Shown: positions 35,701 through 48,500 of the stretch, one piece after another
Position numbering within the stretch: the stretch's first letter is position 1
Layout of the letters: each line of letters begins with the position of its first letter
From: Raillietiella orientalis
Lineage: Eukaryota
Assembly (NCBI GenBank): GCA_036172245.1
Contig: JAYWIR010000008.1
Location: forward strand, 2,232,001 to 2,296,000
Length of the DNA stretch: 64,000 nucleotides
Reading direction: 5' to 3'
Position numbers and translations under genes: made by a program
The notes under the pieces: generated by a model
What the model was told of the DNA's origin: nothing
Databases searched by the model: none
What the model saw: the letters and a program-made list of their open reading frames with translations, nothing else

Positions 35701-38700
35701 ACTAACGCTGATGATCCGGGGAGCAATCCTTTAGGGTCTGGGAGGTTGGAATCCTGAAGATGAGCGCTCCCAATGAAACCCTCATCTCGACAAGATGCTA
35801 CTCGCTGTCGCTGTGGCTAGCGGCGAGTTTTTTTCCCCATTCGTCAGGGAGGTGAAGCTGCTTGCAACCGTTGTGCACTTCGTTCGAGTGCATCCTTTGG
35901 TCGTAAACCTTGCCTCACCTCACAATCAGTGCAGGTCCCGTAGCTGAGGGAATTCATGATTCCGTATGAGCAGAGGAACCTTCTTGAAGTCGAGGAGGCC
36001 TTCAGACCATTGGGACACAAGTCAAGATCCACCATCTTTCTTCACTCTTGTACAAGGACGACCCTTCACTTCGAGATTCCCGCGTACAGAGGTGAGCTTT
36101 TGTCTCTCTTCTGGCAACGGATCCGGTTCCTTCATTCGGACAGTCTCAAGAAAGCACTTTGTTTCTTTCGAAGCTGAGGTTCGCGTCTTAAAAGCATTTC
36201 CCCAATGTCAGTTATAACTCCACGGACACACACGTGGGTACCTTTCTGAGATCTTATCACTGGGGACGGGTGCGGCGCTTTCCTTGGGTTGCTTCTCGAG
36301 AAAATTTAAGCGACTGTCGTGGGCTGCTGAGGAACCGCCTGCTTGAACCAGCAGTTTTTCGAAAATGTCAAAAATCCCATCAAAAGGAGGACTATGTCGT
36401 AAAGTCTTTTACTCTGCGCAGAAATTCTGCTACTGCTCGTGCTAAGAACTCGAGATTCCTTTTTCTCTTTTATCGACCCTCGTGATCGATGAGAGCAATT
36501 TCGATCTTCGAAACCGCAAGGCTTCAAAGCAATGTCTTCTGATAACTCAGCTACGTGCAGATTGCAAAATCGTTCCGCCATTTTTCTAAGCACTAAATGC
36601 GAGAATATCTGTTCTTGCCGTATGACTTTTTCGAAAAGATTAAAAAGTTTTTTTGTTTCTTTTAAAAAGAAAGCCATAAGCATCTTAGTGCTCTGATGTA
36701 GTCTGTTACCAAGGATTGTGATTATAAGCAGTAGATTTAGCCAATTCTCCAGCTATAGAACTTCTAAGGAGAGGTGCACCTCAATTACATAAAGTAAATT
36801 GATAATGTAATTAATTACTTCTCTATGAGAGGATTTATAAAATAATGCACTTGAGTGGAATGGGAATCGAACTGATATCATCACACCAAGATCACATAAT
36901 AACTAGTGAGCAGTAAACTAATTGAGTTCCGTGTATATTCTCTGCAAACGTGCTATTACTGAATATAGAGAGTCGTGTAGTAGAGGAAAAGTACTGAACC
37001 ATACTTAACAGATCATTCACGTAAAGACATGCATGCAGTCTAATTCACTTGTTTGGAACCAATAGAAGAAAAAAAAGCAGAAACATTCGTGAAAAGAGCA
37101 GAAGCAACGAAGATGGGCTTCATTGAGCTTTGTGGAGATAATTGCTGCTGAATTGTGCGTGAGAATGATGCAATTTTGCACATGTCCGTGGGGCTCGATG
37201 GCTGCGATCACTTCGCCACTGTTTCTTCGTGGCGAGCTTGACCATTCAGAACCAGATTTACACTCTCCTCGACAGTGGTAGGCAACTGCCTGATTAAAAT
37301 CTCATAAACAGGGAAAATAGCGATTTTAATAGAGAAAGCATGCACTGGTTCTTTTCTTTTCCTTTTTTAAATATTTCTTCATCAATCTACTACTAATAAT
37401 TAAGGGGAGACCTACAAACTACCCCTATAAATACAATGAAGGACATATATGACAGTGTCTGAATCATAGATATGAGTACATAGCTCCAGCACTGTCATAT
37501 ATGTCCTTTCGTCTATTTTCTTCATCTGAGCGGAGTTTCATTAATGTGATCACTCTCTGTTGTTTTCTATTTTCATTCTAAATCTGTTTCTTATTTAATA
37601 TTATGTCAGTGTCGCATACCACTTTAACAGCCCTTGATTAGAGTGCAGAGAAGAGTTGTTCGTAAGTTGAAGCTCCTCATCAACTTATTATCTGCTGACT
37701 ATCTTCAGAAAAAGAAAAAACAGGTCCTTAGCATCCTCCTTGAACGATGAATTACGAAAAGTGTATGACTATCTTTCCTATGACAATTCACTTTTCTACT
37801 AAGTATTGATGGATACATCAATGGTGAATCGATTCCATTCCATTATTGCCTCGTAAAAAAATTGGCATTGTCTGTGCAGCTCGAGACATTCAATGCTTTC
37901 AAAAATTCATAGGTCAGCGGTTCTTATGAAATGGTCATAGAAATTCCCATCATTGATTATACTGTTGCACCATTTAGACATATACCTTTGCATGGCAGAT
38001 ATCTCTTTTCTTATAATTCAATGGAGAAAAGAGGGCAGAAGAATGATTGTAATAGCATGCTTTGCGTATTACTATGTTTTGTGTGCGAATATACTTACTT
38101 TTACGAATCACAATCAAAACCACCATTTATCGAAGAGCAATGAATGAAATTTATCAAAAGCCCATAGAATGTTGCTGAACATTTTTTCATTGGGGGGCAA
38201 CATAACCATATTGACTAGGTTGACATGATATTTCTGGAAAAAAAAAAAAAAAAAAAACCTGTTGCTTAACTTTGCTGTTCGAAATCTGATTCAGATATAA
38301 TATAAAGCAAGTTTTTGTAGGTTTTTGCCATCTAGCTCTCTATCGCAAGGCGGCGAGCCATCCGGGACTCCGTGTTAGGTACACGAAGTAACATATTTTA
38401 GCATTTGGATCATTTGCAAGCAGAATCTCTTTATGCAGTGTCCACCTTCGGGGATTTTAAACTAGACACCAATATCCGAACGATGAATTTCTAAAGGGCA
38501 GAATCCATTCAAATAGGTAGAATGTCAGAATGTTAGAATTGAACCTACAAAGAGATTGACGCACTAATAGCGTCTCTGTAGGTGATGTCCAGTTGGGCAG
38601 GCCAAAGTTCTCGCAAAACGCGGCCTTTAATTGAAAATTCCAAGTCTCTTTACGCTTCTTCGAAAGAATGTAGCAGATTTGGACTGGCCATTCTTCTAGA

Positions 38701-39135
38701 CTATTCCACAATGCACACATCCCATTTGTTTATTAATGAGATGTATGAAGAATTCCGGTTACGGAATTGTACGCACGTACCGGATCTATGCGGAGTGTAC
38801 ACTTCCTAGGTGCTGTCGGCCTACATAACTTCATAACGTAAAGATGTACACTCGAAAGTCAACTCAACATAAAACTTAGTAAACAAACAGGTGTTTGTCG
38901 CAGTACATTCGACACGAGTGTTTGGGAACTACGCACACATTTTCATGTTTGCTATGACAAGTTGATGTCCAAATGGTGGTGTTTCAGTATTCCCTGATGA
39001 AGAATTAAAAAAAAACCATAAGATTACTTGGTATCTCATGTAGAGCCACTTTTTATGCCGTGTTTACGTAATAAAAGCTTTTAGTGTAAATAGTCAAGTG
39101 TGTGGTGTTTAAATTCGAGGGGTCAATTATAAAAT

Positions 39136-42015
39136 ATGGATGAAGGAGGCGCACATATGAAATCAAGTAAGTAAAAGAATATGTGTGAATTAATTTTCTC
39201 AGCTCATTTTGAGCAAATTCGTTTTTGTTATATGAGTATTATTTCTTTTTAGCAACTACAGAGGAGTATTTAAACTCAGTTGTTAAATGTGATCATCATA
39301 TTCAGAAAGATCTTTGTGTGACTCGTGCCAAATATAGACAAGGACGTAAGTTGACTGCTGTTAAGGTATATATAATTTGATTGAAGTTTCATTACTAGTG
39401 CCAATATTTTCTTTATTATTCTCAATCTTGCTGCTTATTAATATTTTGATTCTGAGGATGATTCGTGATAACCATTGAAGGTGTTTTTAGGTGTACACTG
39501 TAAGTAATGAATCCAAGTATTTAATTATGCAAGGTGTACCTAGCATAAATTTGAAAGAAGAAGTTACAAACCTATGTAGTAAATATGGGAAAGTTCACCA
39601 TGTGTCAAAATTAGATAATTATCCAAATGAATCCTTCACAAATACTTTTCTTATCAAGTATAAAAATACTGCATCAGCAAGGTAATTTGATTTTTCATCA
39701 TTTATTATTGACAATAAATGTAATTCTTTATTATTGACAATGCAGTAAAACATTAAGTGAAATAAAAACATTTGAATTGAAATTCAAGATTCAATGGCAT
39801 GTTCATGTATTTTTGTATTCAATAAAAGAACTGGAGAATAGATTTTAAAAGACATAACTTTTGATGGTTAGTTCATTTTCAGTAAAAATGGTTCATTCTT
39901 TTATTGTGAATACAGATAATTATTTGAATGAATTACCAAACGTTTTCTGCGAAATCAGATTTGTTCATGTTACAGAAAAACAATCAAATAAAAAAATTCT
40001 TATTTTACCCCTGATCTGCCAAAGCAAAACTGGAGTTTTCAAAATTCTTTTGTTTCATTAATATCTTGAGAACAGTCCTTATTGTATGAATGAAGTAAAT
40101 AAAAAAATTTCCATATAGAACTGCAAAAGGAAAACTAGATAATTACAATTACTATGGTGGAATCCTACATGTCTGTTATGCTCCTGAATTAGAAACAGTT
40201 CGGGAGACTTTGGAAAAGCTCAGCTATAGGCAATTTGAAATTATGCAGTTATTGCAAAGTTACAGCAGTGTGGATTTGAACACTGAAAGGTAAATATAAT
40301 GTGTAATGAATAATTGCTGTTAAACTTTGTTTAGTTTATTGAATAAATATGGAGCACTCAAGAAAGTATGCAATAAAGTAAATCCTGAAAATGTTGTTTA
40401 TGGAAATGAAGTGAATGCCTCTGGGAACCCAAGTATAAGTACAGCCAATGGGTGTAATTCAATATCAGAAGTATACATGCATAGTAGTATATTTTTACAT
40501 ACATGTAACACACATGCATTAATGTACAATGCAAAAATGGATCAGTTTTGTGTAGGATAACATTCCTATGTTGTAGGTGCATCATATTGCACCTACAACG
40601 TAGTGTGAGTAAATTTGTGTAAATTATATAGAACACTCTGCATAATTTTTTTTCTCTCCTACTTTGCATACTGTACATAAGAATAAGCAAGGAAAAATAG
40701 TTTTTTGGAATTCTTGCATTATTTGTAGGAAAATTATGTTCCATCATCAGTTTGCTGGTTTATTTTTATTGAATTTTTATTATTGTCATGGTAAGAGGGT
40801 AGATCAGCTTGTAAAGGCAGTTAGCTGGTTTCTGTAGAAATAAGTATTCAGTTGGTTAATAAATAAACCACGAAATAGACCAAATGTTTAACACATTATG
40901 GTACCCATGTACATATGTGCTGTTTGTATTTTGTTTCATCAAATCTCTTTGGAAGTGTTGTTTTTTGAACATCATGATTAGGGATGACCTGGACTCCATC
41001 CCTGATTCATGCAAGTTTGTTTATTGATGTCAGATAGTTTTTGATGATTGTATTTGTTCGAACAATGTCAGCTAATTGGTACGGCTGGCCAGATTCATTT
41101 TTTTTCGTAATGATTTATCACACTAATAGAATTTGAATGATCAATAAACCTTGACAAGCAATTCTTCTGTGGGAATTGATCAGTCTAGGTTTCTTGTTTG
41201 AAAACAAGATTTTGGATACAACTGAACAATGTTTAAAGTTGGTTCAGATGAATATGTATATTTATAATAAAAATATGGTTAAAAATTTCGGAGAATGCTA
41301 TTTCGAAAGAAAAGCAAGAATGCTGTGTCCTTGTAAATTGGCGTTATTTCTTTGCAGTTTTTTTTATACAATGACAAAAAGACTGTAATTGTTAATATGC
41401 AAATTGTTTATTTTATGTTAAGAAAATCGAATGTTCAAGGCTGACAAAGCATGAAATGCGCCTCAGCAGTGTGGACCCTATTATCTAACTTTTGATCAGC
41501 TGTTTTCTGATCTAGCAATTTAAATTGCTCCCGTTTTTTGTTGTAATACACAAAAATGGAGATCTACAAAAATTGTAAACAATCTTTTCCCAGAATCCTA
41601 TATTATGAAATGTCTGATATTTTTATTCGAATCGAAATTTCGAACGTAGAAATTAATTTTGCAAGTCGCGAAATTTACTGTTAACCAATCTCGATGTTGT
41701 GATGTTATGTGATTAAAATTAAGGTATTTTGCGGTCATTTTTAAAGTAATTGCATTTTTTAAAGAACACGACGTTTAATTTTAATACTTATGTATATCAT
41801 ATTTGTTTCTAGTCCTGTCAAGTTGCAAACCAGTTTAGTGAAATTACAAGTGATAACCATCAGTAAGTTTTATTATTCAAAGTGGAGTTTATTTTTTGCT
41901 TTCGTCTAGAATGTTGAAAAGGAAAAAGAGTCTCATCTCGATGGAAGAAGCAGTGTGCATGTCTTACAAAAAATTGAGAAAAGTAAGGGATTTTGCAAAA
42001 AGCTTAAACTCCTGA
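39136..42015 (+). CDS. RBM48: RNA-binding protein 48 (minor-spliceosome factor). Exons 39136-39166, 39253-39365, 39491-39681, 40119-40289, 40335-40470, 41813-41862, 41910-42015 (798 nt, 265 aa)
   Basis: HHIQKDLCVTRAKYRQGRKLTAVK|VYTVSNESKYLIMQGVP...YPNESFTNTFLIKY..SAR|TAKGKLDNYNYYGGILHVCYAPELETVRETLEKL matches the RBM48 N-terminal/RRM signature. All introns are GT-AG and in phase. The last three exons rest on splice sites and frame continuity only. Confidence 0.88.
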
Positions 42016-42575
42016 GTCTGATCTTAGACCCAGCTTCCAGTAGAAATATCCGTATTCAAACGGTGAATGTGCTCAGCTCACGGCTCGATTAAATAAGTCA
42101 ATATATTACTCAAAGAATAACAGTCCTGAACAGTCGTAGTTACCACTGGTCAATGAAGTCCTGTTCAGCATTTATATCATGAACTTGATTAAAAACAGTA
42201 CACCTGAAACGTATTGTTTTGATTCAGTTGAGCCATTCCTTGTAATGCAAAAGTGCTGGTTTGTTTTCATGGTTTCAAGTTGTCCTGTTAATGAATGTGT
42301 CAAGTAATCCATTCTAAATAATGCATTTTGTAATAAATATGAAGCAGAAAAAATTTCTTCAATTAAATTCTACACTCACTTGAAATTAAACATATATTAG
42401 CAAGAAGTGTGAATAATAGTTTTCAGGGGCTGATCAATTGGAATGCATCAAGATGATGAAATTTAAAAGCTAAAACTGCTTTCCAAAGTTCGTTCATTTA
42501 TTAAAGAAAACTATATAATTATATAACATATAGTCATTTAACTGCACATTATTCGTTATGAAAGTTATCTGAAGG

Positions 42576-45500
42576 TTATTCCCATTCAGTTGTGCCAGGA
42601 GGTTTTGTAGTTAAGTCATATAAAACACGAGATATTCCAGGTACTGATGAGACCTCAGATACCATTGTGTTGATTACCTGACAATATTAAATTAAATAAC
42701 TCATCAGATTCTAATATTGCACTTACTTCTAATGGTAGATCTACACCTGGCACTGCTGGAACACCTGTCATAAAGTCATCAGTAATAAAAGGTCGGAGAA
42801 CAATTGATCGCTGACATGGAGGTTGCCGACTGCCAGATTCACGATCAAATTGAACGGGTATTAAAATAACAGGCATTTGGCTTATACTATTATAGTGTCC
42901 ACACCTCAACAACACCTAATTTTTAAAAGGACAAAACAAAATCATTGACTATGCTTCAGATGTACATTAAGAACGTATTTTACAAAATATTTACCTGAGT
43001 TGCTACATAATCACATTCCCTTAATGTAGCCAAAGGAATTGGAGAAATACATGTAACTGTCACATCTACTATTGGGTCTTTGACTAGTTCACCAAAAACA
43101 TAAGTTACTCTATTTACATTGTGACAAAGCTGAGGGATCAGACGGGCAAGAAACATCAAATCTTCCCATACTGGATCAGTTTCAGATGATAAAACAACCA
43201 CATGACTATATGATCTCTTATCACCCTACAAAAAAAATTTTGCAATATTAAGCACAGTTTACTTTTCAAACTGTTGTATTAACCCGAATGTTGGCTTTTT
43301 TCATTTTACTTTCACGGCTTTAAAGCACTAAAAATGCAAAACGCGTTGCTGATGTGATTTTTTAAGAAAAGGAGACACTTTTCATGCAAAACTCGGAAGT
43401 CCAAATTTGTCCAAGTGTCTTCAATTATCATAAGTACAACTGAGAAAAGTTTTGCTATTTATTATGGAAGAAGAAATCATTCTAGCCTTCATTCTTAAGC
43501 ACAGACACGCAAACATTTTGATGAACACAAAAATCATGCTGATAATCGCGTTTGAAAGAGTTCAGAGTGTAAATTACCATATTGATAAAAGCCAAAAAAC
43601 AGCAGTTTGATTACCACACACCAAAAATCAAAAATTACTTTTCATGTAAGTGAAACTTCATATTTCCTTATGAAACTGTTGCATTTCCAAATTTATTATG
43701 CCACTGAATCACGTAAAAATTCGGAATGCAATCTTTCATACAGCAAGAATGAAACTCGCGACTTTACCCTTATGCAAAACTCAGAATATTGAAATCCCGC
43801 CGATCACAGGCATTGAAAATAATTAACATCGCAGATCCTTGATTTGAATCTTGCTAAATGCTGCTTAATCAAACAAAGCAATATGCGATATTCCATAATA
43901 AACATAATTAAATGCATTATTGAATCTAACTAGGGAATAACCTTAGTTTCTTTCTGTATTTCTTAATACTACTCTGCCTGTCAGAAAGTCTCAAAATGTA
44001 ATGAAAAGCAGATCAATGTAGAAATCCTAAACACTTTCTATAATTAAAAACTGTGAATGCAATTCTGCTCTAAAATTTCATTTTCTGTTGCAACCTATAT
44101 TTTAAACAAACGACATCATCAACAAACATTCACAGAGGGAATAGGGTAGACATATAGGAAAACCTAATGAATGATACAAAAATGGCTTTAACATCCCAAA
44201 TCCTTGTGGATAAATGTAGTTTATAAAACTGAAATTCATTACACAAACTTTCAAGTTCATTTGAAAGTTATGGTCAAAATCGAAAACAAATTTCCTGGCA
44301 CCCAATTCCTATTCATTATATTTTAAAACATGCAACAAATGTGCTACATACTTGAAAATTTGAGAAACGATCCCATGATAATGGACATGCATTCCTTATA
44401 AACAATACTCATAACACATCCTTTCTGCCTTTTCAATACTTGTAAATGCAGTTACAAATAGACAAGTAGCACAGAGATTGATCTCAAAGCTTGAAGATGT
44501 AAACAAGAAAGCCAACTTGTTTCAGTTACGCTATAGGTTACTAATGAAAGAAGCTAATAATTCTCAAAAAAAAAGAAAAATGCAAACCTTCAAGGTTCAG
44601 AAACTGAATGACATTCATGCAAATCAAGCAAAACTTTTTTTTAGCAATCCATCATCATTTATACTCAATTCATCATAAGCACCTTCACAATTAAGAATGA
44701 TGTATGTTTTTTGTTCTGATTAAAGTGGCAAATCAACTTGAGCTTTGCAAGCACCATTCACACAAAGCAAGACCTATCAGAAAACTTAAGAATAAGCAAC
44801 TTCACTTTGCCCGAAGAAGTTTACTCCGAATTGCAGTTAACTCTGAATTGAATTCCCACATAAAAATAAATACTGGAAAAAAAAAAACGCTCGTCGTTTG
44901 AATCAACATTTAAGTTCGTTCAGAAAAAAAAACACGCAATCGATCCCCAGATGTACTATACTTAATAACAATTATAAAGAAACCTTACATGAACACCAAC
45001 ACATTTTATAGGCAACAAATGGGCTGCTAAATGTTGCTTTTGGGAAATTCTTGTTAAACACTGTTTTTCTTCATAAGATGTACAACCATCGATTCTTTGC
45101 AGCAAGGCATGTTTCTACGAAAACAAAAACATTATTGTAAGATATTTGAAATAAAACCACGAATAAACGAATTTAAAAAAATGAACTTGGCATCAAAAAA
45201 ACAAACGCACTTTTTGAACCATGCTATGGTATTCTACAATTAACTTGAGAATAACTTGAGTTTCAGAGAAATCTTTCCCAAAATAAGCTTCTTTAGCACA
45301 AATTATTCTGATAGCAAGTGCTGGTCCTGGAAATGGATGACGCTGAACTACTTCCTTTGACAAACCCAAATCTATTCCAAGCTGACGAACCTGCAATATT
45401 CCTTCTGTCATGAACAAGTACCACATATAAAATGAAAATCAAGAGCATTTGCATATCAAATTGAAAGCATTCGTATCCAAATCAATTTTACAAACTCATG

Positions 45501-48500
45501 ATGAAAATCAGGATCGCATTCTTTATCCACTATTTTTCAAGACTTATTTATTTTAGTTATTCTGAACATTCCTATTGCAGCTTTTTTGTGAAAATCTTTT
45601 GTTATACAGCCCATGTAACAAAATCCCACATATACATGCAATGATAAAACAGTTTAACAACTTGGATTTACAAGATGAAACTTCATTTCAAACCCCAAAG
45701 TGAAATCACTGGGATTCAAATCTTAGCATTCTATAAAACACTGCAATAGAAAAAGACTAACTTCATCTTTGTGGAAATCTTTAAGAGGTTCCACAATTCT
45801 TCCAGCATCCCTCAACTCTCTAATCATATCTGTATCATTATGATGAGTTTTGATGACATCAGCTTCAGTACTAGCATATGATGATCCAGACTCAATAAGA
45901 TCAGGTCTTAAAGTTCCTTGACACAAAAAAATTTCATTCTGATTTAATTTCATTTCAGAAATGAAATCAAATGCAATCTGAAAATAAATGCATCATATGA
46001 GAAGTAATGGATGGTTTGCAACAAAATCACTGCATACCTGTGGAAAGGTATTACCAATGATTTTCCTTTTATCTTCTGGATCTGTAACGTCACATAATGG
46101 GGCAGTCATTCGTTTACGAAAACGAGAGTCTTTTTCCATATTTATCCAAGTAGTGGCATTGAGAAAAATGTGTCCAGCCTTAATTACTATCGAACAAATG
46201 ATTCACTTATCGGAAATAAAACTTTATGATATAACAATTCATAAGCAGTACAATGTAGAATGGTGAATACAAATGAATAGCAATTGTAAAACTGCATGTA
46301 ATTTCATGTTTTTTAATGAACATTCAAAACACCCCTTAATACAAAACTAAAGACTGGAAATTATATCCAAAGAAACAAGTAACAGCTTCTAAAGAATCAA
46401 AAACTTTACACTTCCACGTATGTGCCATTGCTAAATTTCTAATGTATTTAGAAATCACAATGAAATCGGGAAAATTAATGAAAAACAAGTTCCATATTAA
46501 AATACTATAGATTGAGCAAAATATGTGTATTCTGAAAATTCGCTTAATTCACGTTTAAGTTGGAACTTGCATCATGTCATCTAGAACATTCTCAAATAAT
46601 TACGTTTTTGGTAACCTTTGTATTGAGCAAGACATTAGACTTAATCAATAGGCACAACGAATTATTGCAATCTGGTCAAACATAATTATGCTTTGAAAAT
46701 TCACCATTTCTTTTAAAAATTTTATATAATGTTGAAAACTCACTTTTGATATCAAGGTCTAATTCTTTCGTCATTTTCTCAATGTGTTTGGTTTCATGCT
46801 TTCTCATGAATCCATTATCAATATGTATCCCAATAATCTGATCACGAGGCAATGCTTTATGCAGCAAGACAGCACATACAGAAGAATCAACTCCTCCACT
46901 AAGAAGAATCTTCACAAAAGGAATAAATTCCAAATGAGAAAACCAATAGGAGGATTCAAAAAGCTGTAAAATCTATTTCTGTTATATCACTTAAACTGGG
47001 CAAAAGTTTACTCAATAGAATACAAGAGGATTTCTTACTAAGACTTTTTTATCTTTCACAACATCTTGGATGTACTGAATGCACTGAATCTCTCTGTTAG
47101 AAATGGTGTATGTTCCAACTAAACCAGCAATCCCATAAAGGAAATTTTTTAGAATAGTTTTTCCATTAATTGTGAGAGTAACCTAAAACAGTTCAAATAA
47201 ATAAAACAAGCAGAATTAGTAACTCACTACCTCTGGATGAAATTGCACGCCATACAATCTTAATTTATCATTAGATATTGCTGATACGTGTCCCATTTCA
47301 GATTTTGCAACCACCTTGAAGTTTTCAGCAACTCTTTCAATTCCATCTCCATGTGTGAGAAGTACAAGTTGTGTTTTATCCAATCCACTAAAATACGAAA
47401 ACATCAAACATCATTAAAAATGCTTTTCAAATAACTAAAATTCCCACAAGTACACTCCTAAAAGCATCTAATTTACATATAACACAACTGTTGTTCAACC
47501 TCAAATTATCTCAAACATACACCAAGGAATTTTCAACAGAGATATCAATCTTTTGACTTAATTAATTCAGAATAAAAAAAAAAAATGATATCTGTCTGGA
47601 ATCTGTAAAATGACAGTTGCATAGATTCATAAGCAGGAATCTGATTACTCAATACAGAAATATTACTGAAAAAACTGAATGCATTTAAGATCTGGGAAAC
47701 TTATAAGCAATTACTCATGTTTATAAATAATATTTTCATTATGATAAACATGAACATCAACATCGTATTCCTGTTTCTTCGGATTTTGAAAACATGCTTT
47801 CCATAAAGCATTTCTGACTGTCAATCAGCTGAGTCTTCATTTCCAGTTTAGGAGCAAGTTATTCTGGACAAGCTTTTAATGTTCACATATTCACATTTTA
47901 ATATTCACATATTCAAGGACTACACTGGATTGTTACAGACATCCAAAAGACATAAAACACATTAAAACAAAATAACTATGTTAGGAAACCTTAAAATACC
48001 AAATACTTTGGTGATCATAGCAATACGACCAGTATTACATTCACATATAATGTGCTAAACACATAATCAAGCACATAATCGACACAAATGATATAATGAT
48101 TTCTTAGAATCAGTCTATTCACTCCAAACATTTCTGATGCCAAAACTTCCTTCTGACCAAGAAAATAGAAAAAAAGAATATTGTTGAATTCTCCAGAAAG
48201 AAGCACAAAAATTAATGCCAATGCATAATGATGTAAAGGGCAGATGTAAAGGAAATTTCATATGTAAAGGGCAGTTTATCTTCTTTTTAAGTACACAGAA
48301 TAAAAAAGGTTATACATACGTGCATTAGAAAAGTATAACGGCATTTCACTATTTCTGGATTTCTGCCACCATAGAAAAGATATTATACTTGCTTATTTAA
48401 AAAATTAAATGCAACTGTTGAATCAGATCAGACCAAACTAACTTTTAAGTTAAAACTAACTTAAAAGTTGACTTGAAACTTAAGTTAACTTAAAACTAAC

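Noticed and set aside
35400..36700. Protein-coding gene (125-aa minus ORF)
   Set aside because: No recognisable domain or splice structure; at most faint APE-like traces, too weak to call.
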